From positions 496,001-560,000 of the forward strand of contig CM061247.1 in the NCBI GenBank assembly GCA_022605425.2: a stretch of 64,000 nt of DNA, in the 5' to 3' direction. The number at the start of each line of letters is the position of its first letter. Position 1 is the first letter of the stretch. The notes under the pieces were generated by a model. That model saw nothing but the letters and a program-made list of their open reading frames with translations. It was not told where the DNA came from and did no database searches. Shown in pieces: positions 1 to 11,739 of this stretch. Source of the stretch: Hamiltosporidium tvaerminnensis FI-OER-3-3. Lineage: Eukaryota > Fungi > Microsporidia. The translations under genes and the position numbers were made by a program.

Positions 1-2038
1 CAAGAAAAGTGTTTGGAAATATATTTTATTTTCTTAACTCAAAAAACGATTGTACATTACCGATGTATTCTACTAATTTTCAAATAAAAGTTTCATTTAT
101 TTTATTATATAAATAAGAATTATATCATTAAATCAGTAAAATGTAATTTATAGTCCTATATTTTAATTAAGCTAATATCTCTATGAATACAACTTATGAT
201 CTCATCATATGAAAAGCTTGTAACTTAATCTTTTTTTCTTGACTTTAACAGAAAAAGGATCGATCCTTATTGTCTTTGCTATGATTCGATCAAATATGTT
301 TGTGTTTTTTTATTTCTTGAAAATTTATGCTACAATTGTTTTTTTTCTATTATAACTTAGAATAAACTTTTATTTTGACTGTTTTACTATCGTTAAAGCT
401 AAATCACGATTGGGTGATATTTATAGCTATTGCTTTTCAAGCGTTGCTCTTTTTGCTGTCAGTCCTTTTTAGGTTAAATCGTCAATTCGGAACCAAACCT
501 CGTAATAAACTAAAATATCTGAAATATTTCAATGTTTATAATCTAGGTATCTATTTTAGTGTTTGCGGTTGTGGCCCTATAAAGCTGTATTAAGATATAC
601 ACTAGTTTTTATTTAATATATCTACCATATTTTAAAAAATAACAGTTTTTATTTGTTTTAATTATTATACACGGCTTAAACTATAACATGGATAACAGAT
701 TCCTCGAACTCCATAAGCATTCTTTTGATAGCTAGATTCCAAATTTTTTTATCCAGAGAGAACTTAGAACTCCTTAAATAAGTGACTTGGGCCCCTAAGT
801 TTGTTGATGTTTGTTGTTCGGGGTGTGATCGCGATCAGAAACTCTTTCTGATTCAACCAAGACAAGCAAAATGTTATTTTATCAAACTTTATGAACAGTA
901 TAAAATTAATCCCATGATTTATTTCAGCGACTTAAAAAGGGTTCTCTTAGAAATTGCAGCCGTTCACCTATAGTAAAAGCTAGCATTCTAAGTATTATTG
1001 GATTTTCAAGGAACTTTTTGTATCTCATTGGCGATAAGTTTTTAGATCGAGTGAATAAAGCCAAGTTTTATAGCCTTAACATAGCAATTAACTCAAGTTC
1101 AGTCGTGTTTCTTAATCTAGTCACCTTAAAAATATAGAAAAACATTGCAGAAAAATCTTTACTATTTTGTAGACCTTCTCTTCATTTTGGAAATTCCCAA
1201 TTAAAGAGCGAAAATTTAATAGAGTTTTCATCTCGTAAAAAATGAAAACAAAGATCTTACATTATTTTCTTCTAATTATTGACAAGCAGATAGTTTCTAG
1301 TATAAGTATAATTCCTTTTTCGCATAGTCAACAACAAAATTTAAACAATGAATCGGATTTTCTTTTCCATAAATTGGTTTGAAATTTGTAAAAATACTTG
1401 ATCATCTCGTTTAAATTGCAAAATATGTCATAAAGAACAAGGTTAAGTTGCAAGATTTTAGATATGCATGATATAATCACACAATATATATTACAGGAAA
1501 AAAGTCATAATATTTGTCTTACTATTAAACATTTATTATTACTTTTGAAGTAATATTTGACAAAAATATAATCTAAAACATATATAAATTTAGATTAAAA
1601 TACTTATAAATCATTAAAAATATTATGTTTAGTCTCAGTTATACATCCAAAACATTATAAAATTTTATATTTTACGTTTAATTAAAAATATATTTCCAAT
1701 AAATTTTAATGAATTTTCAAATCATTGAAAATTAAAAATTACGATGTTAGGGATTTCTGTGGATTTTATCAAGATTAATCTCACAAGCAAAAAAATTAGA
1801 TTTATATTAAAACGTTTTTATTTAAATATTGTCTGTACTCAAATATTTTAAATCTTTTTAGAAATTTTTACACACAATTATTTATATTTTTCTATTTATT
1901 ATAATAGGATATTTTATAGTGCAAATTTAAAACTTTATCAGCATAAATTTGCATTCATATTACGCTTATTTAATTATTTACCTTGTTTATAATTTTTTTA
2001 AAAAATATTTAAAACAAACCCAGATCAAAAAATAAAAA

Positions 2039-2731
2039 ATGATTGTAAAATATTTCAAAAGAGTTGGTTTATCATACGTAGAAAGTATCGCAGAGATTGC
2101 AGAACAGAACGAAACAATAAAAAGTTTTTTAGGCATTACACTGGCTATAATAGGTCTAACAATTCTTATTTTTAACAGATATTGTTCAAAAATATTAATT
2201 TATAACCATCTGAGTCTTATTATTTCAGCATTGGGATGGTATTTTCTTACAACGACCTTGAATGGAAATGCAGCCATATGTTTTTTTGTAGGTTCTTTGT
2301 GCGCAAATATTACATTTATTATTAGAAATAGAAAATCTACAGATAAAAACATTTACATATTAATTATTTTATGGATGATATATTTTCCTTTTTTGGATTT
2401 GGCATTTGATTTACATTCTGTTTTGTTTTGGTCATTTGCCATAGTATCTTTATTTATGCTCTTATTCATTTCTTCATATAAATTTTATTTGATTTCTAAT
2501 GCATTTATAGGCTCGGTTATCTTTTCTGTATCCGTGTTTTTTTTATTCGATTATGAAAAATATCATGGTCTTGAATTTGTTAGATTAGAAACTATATATT
2601 GTATAATGTTAACGATGACTATTACTATATTTTTACATATGAATTTTTCTAAACCTATTTTAAATCGAGTAGGCGAATCTTGTGATGAAATAATAGAATC
2701 AAGAGTAAAACATGACGAAATTAAAAAATAA
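2039..2731 (+). CDS. Multi-pass membrane protein, DUF4203/TMEM198-like (tentative)
   Basis: 230 aa ORF with about 6-7 hydrophobic segments (GITLAIIGLTILIF, SNAFIGSVIF). CCC motif upstream and AATAAA at the stop. Confidence 0.6.
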   Translation: MIVKYFKRVGLSYVESIAEIAEQNETIKSFLGITLAIIGLTILIFNRYCSKILIYNHLSLIISALGWYFLTTTLNGNAAICFFVGSLCANITFIIRNRKSTDKNIYILIILWMIYFPFLDLAFDLHSVLFWSFAIVSLFMLLFISSYKFYLISNAFIGSVIFSVSVFFLFDYEKYHGLEFVRLETIYCIMLTMTITIFLHMNFSKPILNRVGESCDEIIESRVKHDEIKK

Positions 2732-3614
2732 ACCCAAAAAACATAGATTATTTGTATGATTATATGGTAAATCGATAATTAGTTGATTAAAGAAGGAATT
2801 GTTTTATAAAATAGTTTAAATACACAATGAATAATTTAAGGCAAACAATTTGTGGATTTGTTGAAGAAAGAATCGTTTTGTAGATTTAATAAAAAACACT
2901 TTCAAAAAATTAAACAAAATATCTATTGCTTCAAATTAGGAAAGGTTCATTTTATTAACCAATTTAATAAATGATTATATATTTTTAATTTTACTATATG
3001 TTGAGTACTGTAAAAGCAATATAAAAAAATTCGGATACTTTCATACCAAATGAATTTTTATAATTGTCTATACAAATTTTATTAGACAAAATCGAATATA
3101 TTTGGATTTGCTAAATATGGAAACATGTTTATTTCGTTTGGAATTCCTTAATTTATTTTGGTTATAAATAATATACAATTCGATATCATGGAATATAAAG
3201 TCGATATACAGCATTATATTTTTAAAGGGTTATTCTAATAATATATACTATTTTTCTTTATCGGGTTTAGGGATAATCTAGAGTCAGTATATCGAAATTG
3301 CAAGTGTGAAGAGGCAATTCAACCTAGGTTGTACACTTTATATTCTTCAGACAGGAGACTTTTACATTGAGATTTCAATCTAAAGCTTGGGTTGAAAAAA
3401 CTAAAACATGGCAAATATTCAGTGCGTTCGTAAGATTTTCTATCATCCGTAAAGAAACGAAGGATTTATCATCTATTGCTATTCAAATGTAACTTTAGTT
3501 AGTTTCGAAATGTCATTTAATCATTTAAGTGTTATTTCTTTATATTATCAATATATAAAAATAGTTTTATAAAGTTTTTTACGTTTCTGTTAAGGCTTTA
3601 TGCATATAGATTAT

Positions 3615-3835
3615 TCATTCGTCCTCGGACTACAGCCCTGCACGCGCCTTGGCCTTCCTAAGTAAAATCGCCTAACGGCCTCTTTCCAGTGGGTTCGTTC
3701 ATTTTTTTGATTTCGTAACAAGGTATATTATTGGCTCTATGCCTTGTCCCCGACCCGAAGGAACAGTCCCTTTAGTCGCCTCTTACCACAAGCAGGAAAA
3801 CACCAAGCCAATTCTGCTCTCGACGTGGTGAAAAT
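3615..3835 (-). mobile_element. Short non-autonomous RTE-derived retroposon (~220 bp) with 11-bp TSD
   Basis: GC-rich island flanked by the direct repeat ATATAGATTAT (3604-3614 and 3836-3846). On the minus strand it has an RTE-like 5' motif (CCTGCTTGTGGTAAGAGGCGACTAAAGGG), a piece encoding EPTGKRPLG (RTE C-terminus-like) and an RTE-like 3' end (GGCCAAGG...GGGCTGTAG) with a GAAT-repeat tail. Confidence 0.8.
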
Positions 3836-4087
3836 ATATAGATTATGGTTTCTTTAATATTTTTCTTATTTAGGATTCGATATATACTATAAATATTGAA
3901 TAATTTGTGCCTTTTTTTATATTAATTCTAATATATTGTAAATTTTGCACTGAATAACCAAGTAATGACCCATATAAGTATCTCGAAACATATTAAACCC
4001 TTAAGTATAATACGATATAAATTTTTTATCAATTAAATCAACATATTACTTCTTCTATCATGAATTTGTTTTATTTTTCACTAAAAA

Positions 4088-4312
4088 TACTTGCTTATTC
4101 CATTCCTTTTTTACCTCTCTGTATCGAGAATCAACAGATATAACTTTTCCATTGTTTCTTTTAATCTGTTGTAACTCGAGATTATAGGAATTTGGCCTTT
4201 AAATCCAGTGTGACATATATTCCTGCAGAATGGTGCCATAATTTCAATACCAATTGTCAAAACTCATTACCAATCAGATGGCTTTTAATGTGTTTATTTT
4301 CTCTCCAACTTC
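4088..4312 (-). repeat. Family B short interspersed element (~230 bp)
   Basis: Reverse complement aligns by eye with 38370-38597: head ...CATCTGATTGGTAATGAG..., body CTCGAGTTACAACAGATTAAAAGAA, tail GGAATGGAATAAGCAAGTA. Confidence 0.8.
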
Positions 4313-4494
4313 TCACTTGAATTCTAATTCCTATTTATATAGACCAAAATTGTTTTGATTGAGTATTTGAAAAAAAATTGTGTGTTTTGGTCTTGATCTC
4401 TATATTCTTGCGCTATTTTTGCAGAACATATTAATAATTTAGTGCAAGAACTTAAACATATGGTTTATGAATTTAATTATTTATAGTACAACTT

Positions 4495-5640
4495 TTAGCT
4501 ATTTTAAGACATATCTGGGTTTAAAAAGGCCTTTTTCATTTTCAAGGATCTTCTTTTAACCCTAAACCCATTAATATCTTCTTCTAAATCCGACTTTTTG
4601 ATTTTATTATTGTAAGTTCCTCATGTGTATTCTCCTTTTAGAATATGCAATATGTTATTTTTCGATTTGGCTTTTGTACCATATTCCTCAATACTAGCTC
4701 ATCATAATGGGGATATGTATTCCCCATGTATTTTAGCTTCTTGCATGACATCTATCCATCCTTTATCCGGAATCTCTTCAGCATTTGGCCTTGCTTCGGT
4801 CTCTTATTGAACAAAAGAAATTCTTTCGACTTTCTTCTTAGGCACTATAGACCCAATATATGCCTCCACATTCATGATTATTTGAAATATTTTAAGGTAT
4901 GTCTTGTGGTATTTCGTTCCAATACCGTTCTAAGTTATACCTTAAAGAATCATATCTTCACTGAATTTGTAAATAAGACCCAATCATTGGGTTATGCATT
5001 AGACTTCCTAGGTTTATCAAATTCAACTATTTCAAGAAAACTTTTGGAGATTATTCCTAGTTCTATAACTGGTATTCGATTTTTTCTCTTCTTAAAATAA
5101 ACATTTCTGGTCGATTATTCCCGATTTCGACATCTGTTTAATTCCGGTATCTACTCTTTTTTCCTTATCTTATTTACAGGAATTTCTCAATCTGAGAGAC
5201 TACACTTTTTCTTGGAGATTTAAATTTATATCTATTGGGGTGTAGCTGTATGCTTCGTACCCATTCATTATGCCGTCTGGTATAGTTGTGATCAAGAATT
5301 ATATCACTTCGAGCTTCAATAGATTACTGTTGTTTATAATTATTGCAGTTTTGCCACATACCTTCTGCAACCAAGAACACATTGATATCTTTAATATAGC
5401 ATAAAACTGCTTGGTCGAATATCCTAATATCGCCTTTCTTTATCTATCTTGGTGAATCTCTCACAAACCCAGGCCCATTTTTTTCAAACTATATTATTAG
5501 AATGTATCTTTTTTCTTTTATTTCGTTAATACCTTTTCAAGTTGAGCCTGTACTAATAATTCTTTTTTACTTCACATTCGAAACCTATATTTTACGTTTA
5601 AAAAGCCTTTTATTAGTGCAAGATGGTTTTCATTGAAAAT
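4495..5640 (-). mobile_element. Decayed 3' part of an RLE-type (R4/Dong-like) non-LTR retrotransposon
   Basis: Nucleotide similarity to 55934-56400. Frameshifted translation gives HNYTRRHNE (zinc-knuckle-adjacent motif), the PD-(D/E)xK region and a terminal SDLEE motif. Confidence 0.8.
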
Positions 5641-5971
5641 TCAAAATCATGAAAATCGTTTTTAATAAAATGCAAATTTTTAATGATTTAAAATACCTAA
5701 GAATTAAATTCGAACATCCAATTATGAAATGAAAAGGTTTACAAGGCCAAAAAAATAGATTTATTAATTTACAAAAATAATAAAAAATTATTTTGTAAAA
5801 ATCTAACTTCAACAAAAAAAAGATGTCGGTACCTTTGATGAGACCTAAACATGTTAAAATAGAGAAAAAGCGATACGAATTTAAGTATTTCTATAAAAAA
5901 TGGTTCGGTGCTTTGAAACATATTGTATTGATTATGTTTTAAATTAAAAAAAACCAAGATCTGAAAATACA

Positions 5972-6937
5972 ATGAGAGCCGACAAAAACTTCAATACAGA
6001 AATACATAAAAAATTTATAATAAAAATGTTAAAAGAAAATTATGATCAAGAATATGAATCACTTGCAGTTTGGATACCCTATTGGTGTATATCTTCTTTG
6101 ATTTTATTGGATTCTTATAGAGGTGGAGTATGTAATATAGATTTTAAATCCTTGGAATTCAAACACTTAGGAGATAAAATTTTGAAGTGCCATAAAATTT
6201 ATTTTTCAAATAAAATTACACCACATTTATGTAACGTATATGCTTCAATTTGTACTTTGAAAATGTTAAATAGGTTAGAAGAAGTAAAGAAAGATGAAAT
6301 TGTAAAATTTATGTGGAATATGAAAAATGAAGATGGATCATTTTCTGTATATGAAACAGGAGACTCGGATGTGCGAGGAATTTACTGTAGTTTGGCTATT
6401 TCTAGAATGCTAACTGATATAAATACGACAGGTCTCTTTTTGAAATCAAAAGAATTTATATTAGAATGTCAAAGCTATGAGGGGGGTTTTGGATCTATTC
6501 CAGGTGGAGAAGCACATGGAGGATATACATATTGTGCTGTTGCCTCACTTATAATGATGAATGTTTTGGAAGAATGTAATATTCCATTATTGATCGAATG
6601 GCTTTCAAATAGGCAAAAAGATTTTAAAGGTGGATTCACGGGAAGAACCAATAAGAACCAAGATTCATGCTATGGTTTTTGGATTGGAGCCTGTATAAAA
6701 GCCCTTATAAATTTAGGAAAAATGAATATTTCACAGATTAATATTAATAGTGTTAAAGATTATGTTTTTGAAGAATGCGAGGATGTTAAAAATGGGGGTT
6801 TTAGTGATAAACCCGGAAACACACCAGATTGTCATCATACCTGTTATACTTTATTATTTCTTTCAATTTTTGACACTGAGAATATGTTCAAAGTAAATGT
6901 CGATCATACTTTGGGACTTGTTGAATTTATCAAATAA
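5972..6937 (+). CDS. RAM1: Protein farnesyltransferase beta subunit
   Basis: Prenyltransferase repeats: WIPYWC, DVRGIYC, YEGGFG..PGGEAHGGYTYC, GRTNK.DSCY.FW, DKPG..PD.HHTCY (Zn ligands). Confidence 0.9.
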   Translation: MRADKNFNTEIHKKFIIKMLKENYDQEYESLAVWIPYWCISSLILLDSYRGGVCNIDFKSLEFKHLGDKILKCHKIYFSNKITPHLCNVYASICTLKMLNRLEEVKKDEIVKFMWNMKNEDGSFSVYETGDSDVRGIYCSLAISRMLTDINTTGLFLKSKEFILECQSYEGGFGSIPGGEAHGGYTYCAVASLIMMNVLEECNIPLLIEWLSNRQKDFKGGFTGRTNKNQDSCYGFWIGACIKALINLGKMNISQININSVKDYVFEECEDVKNGGFSDKPGNTPDCHHTCYTLLFLSIFDTENMFKVNVDHTLGLVEFIK

Positions 6938-7036
6938 TAAATATTTTTGAAAAAAGCTTATAATTTTTTAAATTTCGTTTTCCTCTATTAAAATCATATT
7001 AAAAATTTTAAACTGTGCTACACAATATTTACCCCA

Positions 7037-7447
7037 ATGATTATCAACTCCTGGCCAAAACCGCCAATTAGAAAAGACGAATCTCCACCTATTATACCAA
7101 AAGAATATACATGTTTCGGTGTTAATTTTATTATAAATCAAGATGGTTTACCAAAAATTACAGAAAATAAGAATATAAAAGAAATTCCATTCAAAGAAAT
7201 AAAAAATTCGATTGAAAGGTCATTATTGTTATTTAATAAAGTTCTTTCCAAAATTATTAAAGACAAAGATCCTTCTAAATATATTAAGATGATCAGAGAT
7301 GTGCATTTAAATATTAATCAAATGATTTCAGATTCAAGATATTTTGAAGCAAAACAATCTATTAATATGTTAATGAAAGAGAAAAGGACGAAATGTAAAG
7401 AAATGGAACAGAAAATAAATGAAATGTTGGAGAACTTCTCACAATAA
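7037..7447 (+). CDS. MED7: Mediator subunit Med7-like
   Basis: N-terminal SWPKPP...PPIIP.EYTCFG and C-terminal helix IRDVHLNINQMI..SR.FEAKQSINMLM match the Med7 pattern. CCCC directly before the ATG. Confidence 0.75.
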   Translation: MIINSWPKPPIRKDESPPIIPKEYTCFGVNFIINQDGLPKITENKNIKEIPFKEIKNSIERSLLLFNKVLSKIIKDKDPSKYIKMIRDVHLNINQMISDSRYFEAKQSINMLMKEKRTKCKEMEQKINEMLENFSQ

Positions 7448-8119
7448 ATAAAAATGAAGAATAAATTTATTAAAGTAATTTTTTGTAATCCACTTTCTAA
7501 TTTCATAGAATTGTTGCTATTCAATCTTTAAATACATAGTTACAAACAGATTCAATAAAAAAAATATTTGTCTTTCTAACTTATTTTTTAGTATTCAATA
7601 TCCGGTAAAATAAAAATGCGTAGCCGGTATGAAGTCTTATATTATATCTTTTCTAAGGAATATATTATTTGATTGAATACGCATCAATGTATTTCATGTG
7701 TGCATTATTATAGGAGGTTAAAATTTAATTTGATATTTTTAGCTACTTTTCCATAAAAGTTTTTAGAAACCACTGAACCTTAGCAATTTCATAATATATT
7801 TTTAAGTCGTTTGATACATCTTTACAGAAAAGATATGTTTCGTTGATTCTTCTAAGATTTTCTAAATATAGATTTTACCGACCAGTGACAAAAATTTAGC
7901 TTTTTATTTAAGTTCCACAATTTCAAATTTTATTTGTGAATAAAAAGCGATTTATTTTGTTTTTATTACTATAAAAGATATAAATAAACTTATGTTTAAG
8001 CTACAATTAATTTGAACTTGAATATTTGCAACAAGACGGATTTCTTAAGCGATATAATTATTCTAATATCATTTTTAACATAAAATAATAGCCTTCCGAA
8101 AACATAAATGTACAGGATA

Positions 8120-8858
8120 CACAATTACACTTTATTTAAAAGTATCACATCTTTTTAAAATAGTGGCAAGTGTTATATTTGTTTTTATGACATTAACGCA
8201 GTTCTAGGTTTAACATAAATGACTGCTACCCCAACACTCCATCGGTAACCCCTGCGATACCTACGTCCCAAAGCCTTTCATCTACCAGTGTGTAGAACCT
8301 AATTAATAGGCGAGGCAGTTGCCCGGAGTTCGTTAATGTCCGTTGCATGGAGTGTGATCGAAGGCCGAAGCCCCCCCTGGGCTCCCCCCAAGACTATGCA
8401 GCATTCCCACTTACTCTACCCTTTCCGAACCCAATAAACTTCTAGCTAAGATATATTTCAGAGACTTACATGGGGTACACCTAGACAGTGCAATGTCATA
8501 CCAACAGGTATAACCTGCTACTTAGCTCTCCCGGCTTTTAATGGGTTTTATTTTTATATCTCCCAGGCGCTAAGTCTTCTAACCCGAGTGAGCAAGGCTA
8601 GGTTTCCATGCTTTTACATGGCAATTACCTACATGTTCAGCTGTGGTCTGCAATCTGGTTACATAAAAAACTACAAATAAATTTGTAGAAAAAGTTTCTC
8701 CATTTCTTAGACCTCTCCTCCTCATAACAACTCCCATGGAACAACCGAAGATGTAGTGTGGTTGTATTCCCACTAAAAATCCAAACAATGATCTCACACC
8801 AGTTTCACACACTCATTGCCAAGCAGAAAGTTTTTTATGTGGTTATCCTCCCTCCACC
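8120..8858 (-). mobile_element. Family A non-coding retroposon (~740 bp), best-preserved copy, 12-bp TSD
   Basis: Flanked by ATGTACAGGATA at 8108-8119 and 8859-8870. Begins GGTGGAGGGAGGATAACCACAT and ends ...AAAAGATGTGATACTTTTAAATAAAG. Homologous to nine other copies in the window. Confidence 0.9.
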
Positions 8859-10075
8859 ATGTACAGGATATAATCATAATACAATTTATTATAATATTCT
8901 TAAACAGGCATATTAAATGATTACTTTAATCATGAATAATATTCGATTATTTTTAATTAAATTTTAATATTGTAAAGACATAATTTTCATTAAAAATTTG
9001 TCTTATTCCTACTCATAATTACGAATCAAAGCTATTATATTTAATGATGTAATGATTTTAGTTCTATATTAATTGTTTTCTATACACTTCGGTTCCTTTT
9101 TTAAATTTCTTACATTTATATTTTATTTCTCTGGTTTATATCAAATCAAATTCTTGTAATAGCAATTGATACTGCAATACTCAGTTTAAACTATATATGT
9201 TATTTCAAATTTTTTTTCTCTGATTAGAAGGTATTAGGTAAAGTTTTTTTGATATTCGTGCCCATTTAATCTTGTAGATGATCTCAGCGTGATTATATCC
9301 ACTTTTATTAAGTTTCTGTTCTGAATATAGTATTTTTTTAACTAATGATAATTAAAATAACTGCTGTATTAATATAACCAGTATTGCTCTTTATTCCGTA
9401 GCGTATTTTGAACTCAGTAACAATATAATCTAAAATATTTAATTTTTGAATTATTTGGTTTAATAGGAAGGCAATATAAGTTTCATGTATTAGAATGTGT
9501 AACTTCTTAATTTTTTGAGTTAAAAACCGGAGCGAATCTATATGAAATTTCTTAGCTGATAAAATTATATTGTGCATTTTTTGTTTTAAAATAAGCTTGG
9601 ATGAGCTATTCTAAAATCTAAAATGCTCACTACTTTAGTGTGATCTCTTATTTTTCAATACAAATTCTTAATATTGTTTTCAAAAAAAGTTATAATTTAC
9701 CTCTAAGCTTAGATTTATATGCAATTAAGGAAAGTAAGTTTTTATTTCGAACCTTTTATATTAATAGGTCTAAAAATTTCATTTTAACTTTATATTTTTC
9801 AAAAAATTGCTAGTTTCTTACCCGATGTTATAGCATCTATAATGTTAGTATATGCTACTTAACCAATATTACATTTTCTAATCTATAATAAAATTCAACT
9901 TCGTCGTACTTTAAATATTTTACTTCCAAACCATCTGAAAAATTTTCCGAAAGAGTAAATATAAACTTGTTTCTTTTATGATTTAAAAAATATGAAATAC
10001 TCAAACATTAAATAAAGATAAATTTATTAAGTTTTTATTGTATATGAAATTATAAAGAAGAATTACTGCACTTAA

Positions 10076-10378
10076 TCATTGATGAATTTTTGATCTGCAT
10101 ATTTTATTGATAGATTTTGCCAGTTTGGAATTTCTATTTAATCTCTCACAAAGACGTTTCTGGTGAGATTCGGATATAAATTTTTTTACATATTCAGGCA
10201 AATTTGAAGATTTTCGAACTTTATCGATTTCATAGTTATTTCTTCTTAACAAATAATCATCTATGCTTTTTACACAATATGTATTCCAACATTCAGTAAA
10301 ATCCAATGAATTATTAGTATTATCTATTTCGGTTGAAATTATTTTTTTGAATACGAACATGATTTTGAAAACTTGCAT
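10076..10378 (-). CDS. Hypothetical small protein (possible signal peptide)
   Basis: 100 aa ORF with protein-like composition and a short hydrophobic N-terminus. CCC motif about 35-40 nt upstream. No recognisable domain. Confidence 0.4.
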   Translation of the reverse strand: MQVFKIMFVFKKIISTEIDNTNNSLDFTECWNTYCVKSIDDYLLRRNNYEIDKVRKSSNLPEYVKKFISESHQKRLCERLNRNSKLAKSINKICRSKIHQ

Positions 10379-10724
10379 AATAGAAATCTGTCATTCAAAT
10401 TTCTTTTATATTTTTGGGTATAGATTAAAAATTTTACAATATAAATTAACTGTTTAAATTTTTTTACATATAAATTCGTTTATTTGAGTTTAAATTGTTT
10501 TCTTTGATTTTAAGATATGGTTACTCTGAATTGATTTTAAAATAAATTATTTCCAAAAGAGAAATAATTAAAGAAAATTTTCTCCCTAAAAAGTTTTTAA
10601 TACTGCATTTTAAAACATCCTTTCGGCCCAAACAATATAAAATTGTTGTTTGAAATTCCTTCAAAAATACTAAAAATTTTAGATTTAATTTCTACAAAGT
10701 ATTTTTACAACAAAGAAATGACTT

Positions 10725-11435
10725 TTGAACCTAAATATCGCAAGTTTTAGCAAAGTGGCGCGTGTTATATTGTTTTCATGACATTAATGCAGTTTAAGGT
10801 TAAATATAAATAACTAATCTCCGACACTCTATCTTTATCCTGGATACTCACATCTCCTCGATTTGCCATACAAAAGATGTTTAGAACCTATTTATTTTAT
10901 GAGCGTTCGGCTGCGCAGAATTCATAATGTCTGTTGCCTAGAGTGTGATCGCAGGTTGAAACGAACTTTGACACTCAAAGGCTAGGTGTGTTCCCATTTA
11001 CTCTACATTTTCAGAACCGAATAGGCTTTATACTATAATATATTTCGACAATTTTATGAAGCCCATCTAGGTCTTACAATGCAGTATCAAATGTATAACA
11101 AGCCATATAGTATTCCTTAATTTTTAAAGGATGTGTATTTTTGTATCTCCCAAGCGCTAAGTCTTCTAACCCGAATGAATAAGGCTAGGCTTCCATGCTT
11201 TTACATATTAATTATCTACAAATTATATCGTGATTACTTAACCTAGTACATGAAAAACCAAGTTCATAAGAAAATTTCCGCCTTCTTGCAGACTTCTTCT
11301 CCTTAACATATTTCCATGTAAGAGCAGAAAACATAGTGTGGTTTTCAGCTCCCAAAAATTCAAAAAATGCATTTGAAACACATTTCACCATCGTTGCCAA
11401 TCAGCTAGTTTTTAATGTACTTATACACCCTGAAT
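10725..11435 (-). repeat. Family A copy (diverged)
   Basis: Shared blocks with 8120-8858, e.g. GCGCTAAGTCTTCTAACCCGA, AAGGCTAGG, GAGTGTGATCG, ATGACATTAA. Confidence 0.88.
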
Positions 11436-11739
11436 GAACCTATAAAAACAAGATTATTGGTCTATAATCTAGTAATAAACTTTCAGAAAAAATAATACAA
11501 AATAGCAATTTCCATTGATTTCTAATTTATTTACAAAGGTTCTTTGAGAAATCAGGTAATTTTATTCCGAGCACTAATTGAAGATAATAAAACCATTTTC
11601 TATATTTTATCTTAATTACCAAGTTCTTTCTGTCTTTTGATCTTCAATTGTTAACTTCTATTTATAAAATTATATTTTAATGATTAAAGTATATTAGCCA
11701 AGCAATTTAAATATTTTTTAAAAAATTAACAACCGTTCT

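Noticed and set aside
680-1450. Possible IS630/Tc1-like transposase relic on the minus strand (IIL.NASF-like fragment)
   Set aside because: Only one weak motif; cannot be supported without a profile search.
4625-5100. Plus-strand ORFs 4625-4810 and 4726-5100
   Set aside because: Antisense shadows of the RLE retrotransposon relic.
8447-8470. AAGATATATTTCAGAGACT resembling group I intron S and R elements
   Set aside because: The motifs are adjacent and in the wrong order, no P/Q elements are seen, and they lie on the opposite strand to the inferred transcript.
8579-8812. Paralogous small ORFs MCETG... (8579-8812, 47741-47998, related 11212-11400)
   Set aside because: Shadows of family A: non-ATG starts, and the frame is not conserved across the other copies.
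8120-8858. Family A as rRNA, RNase P/MRP, telomerase RNA, snRNA, solo LTR, MITE or CRISPR
   Set aside because: No diagnostic conserved motifs, no TG..CA ends, no TIRs and no repeat-spacer periodicity. The 12-bp TSD fits TPRT better.
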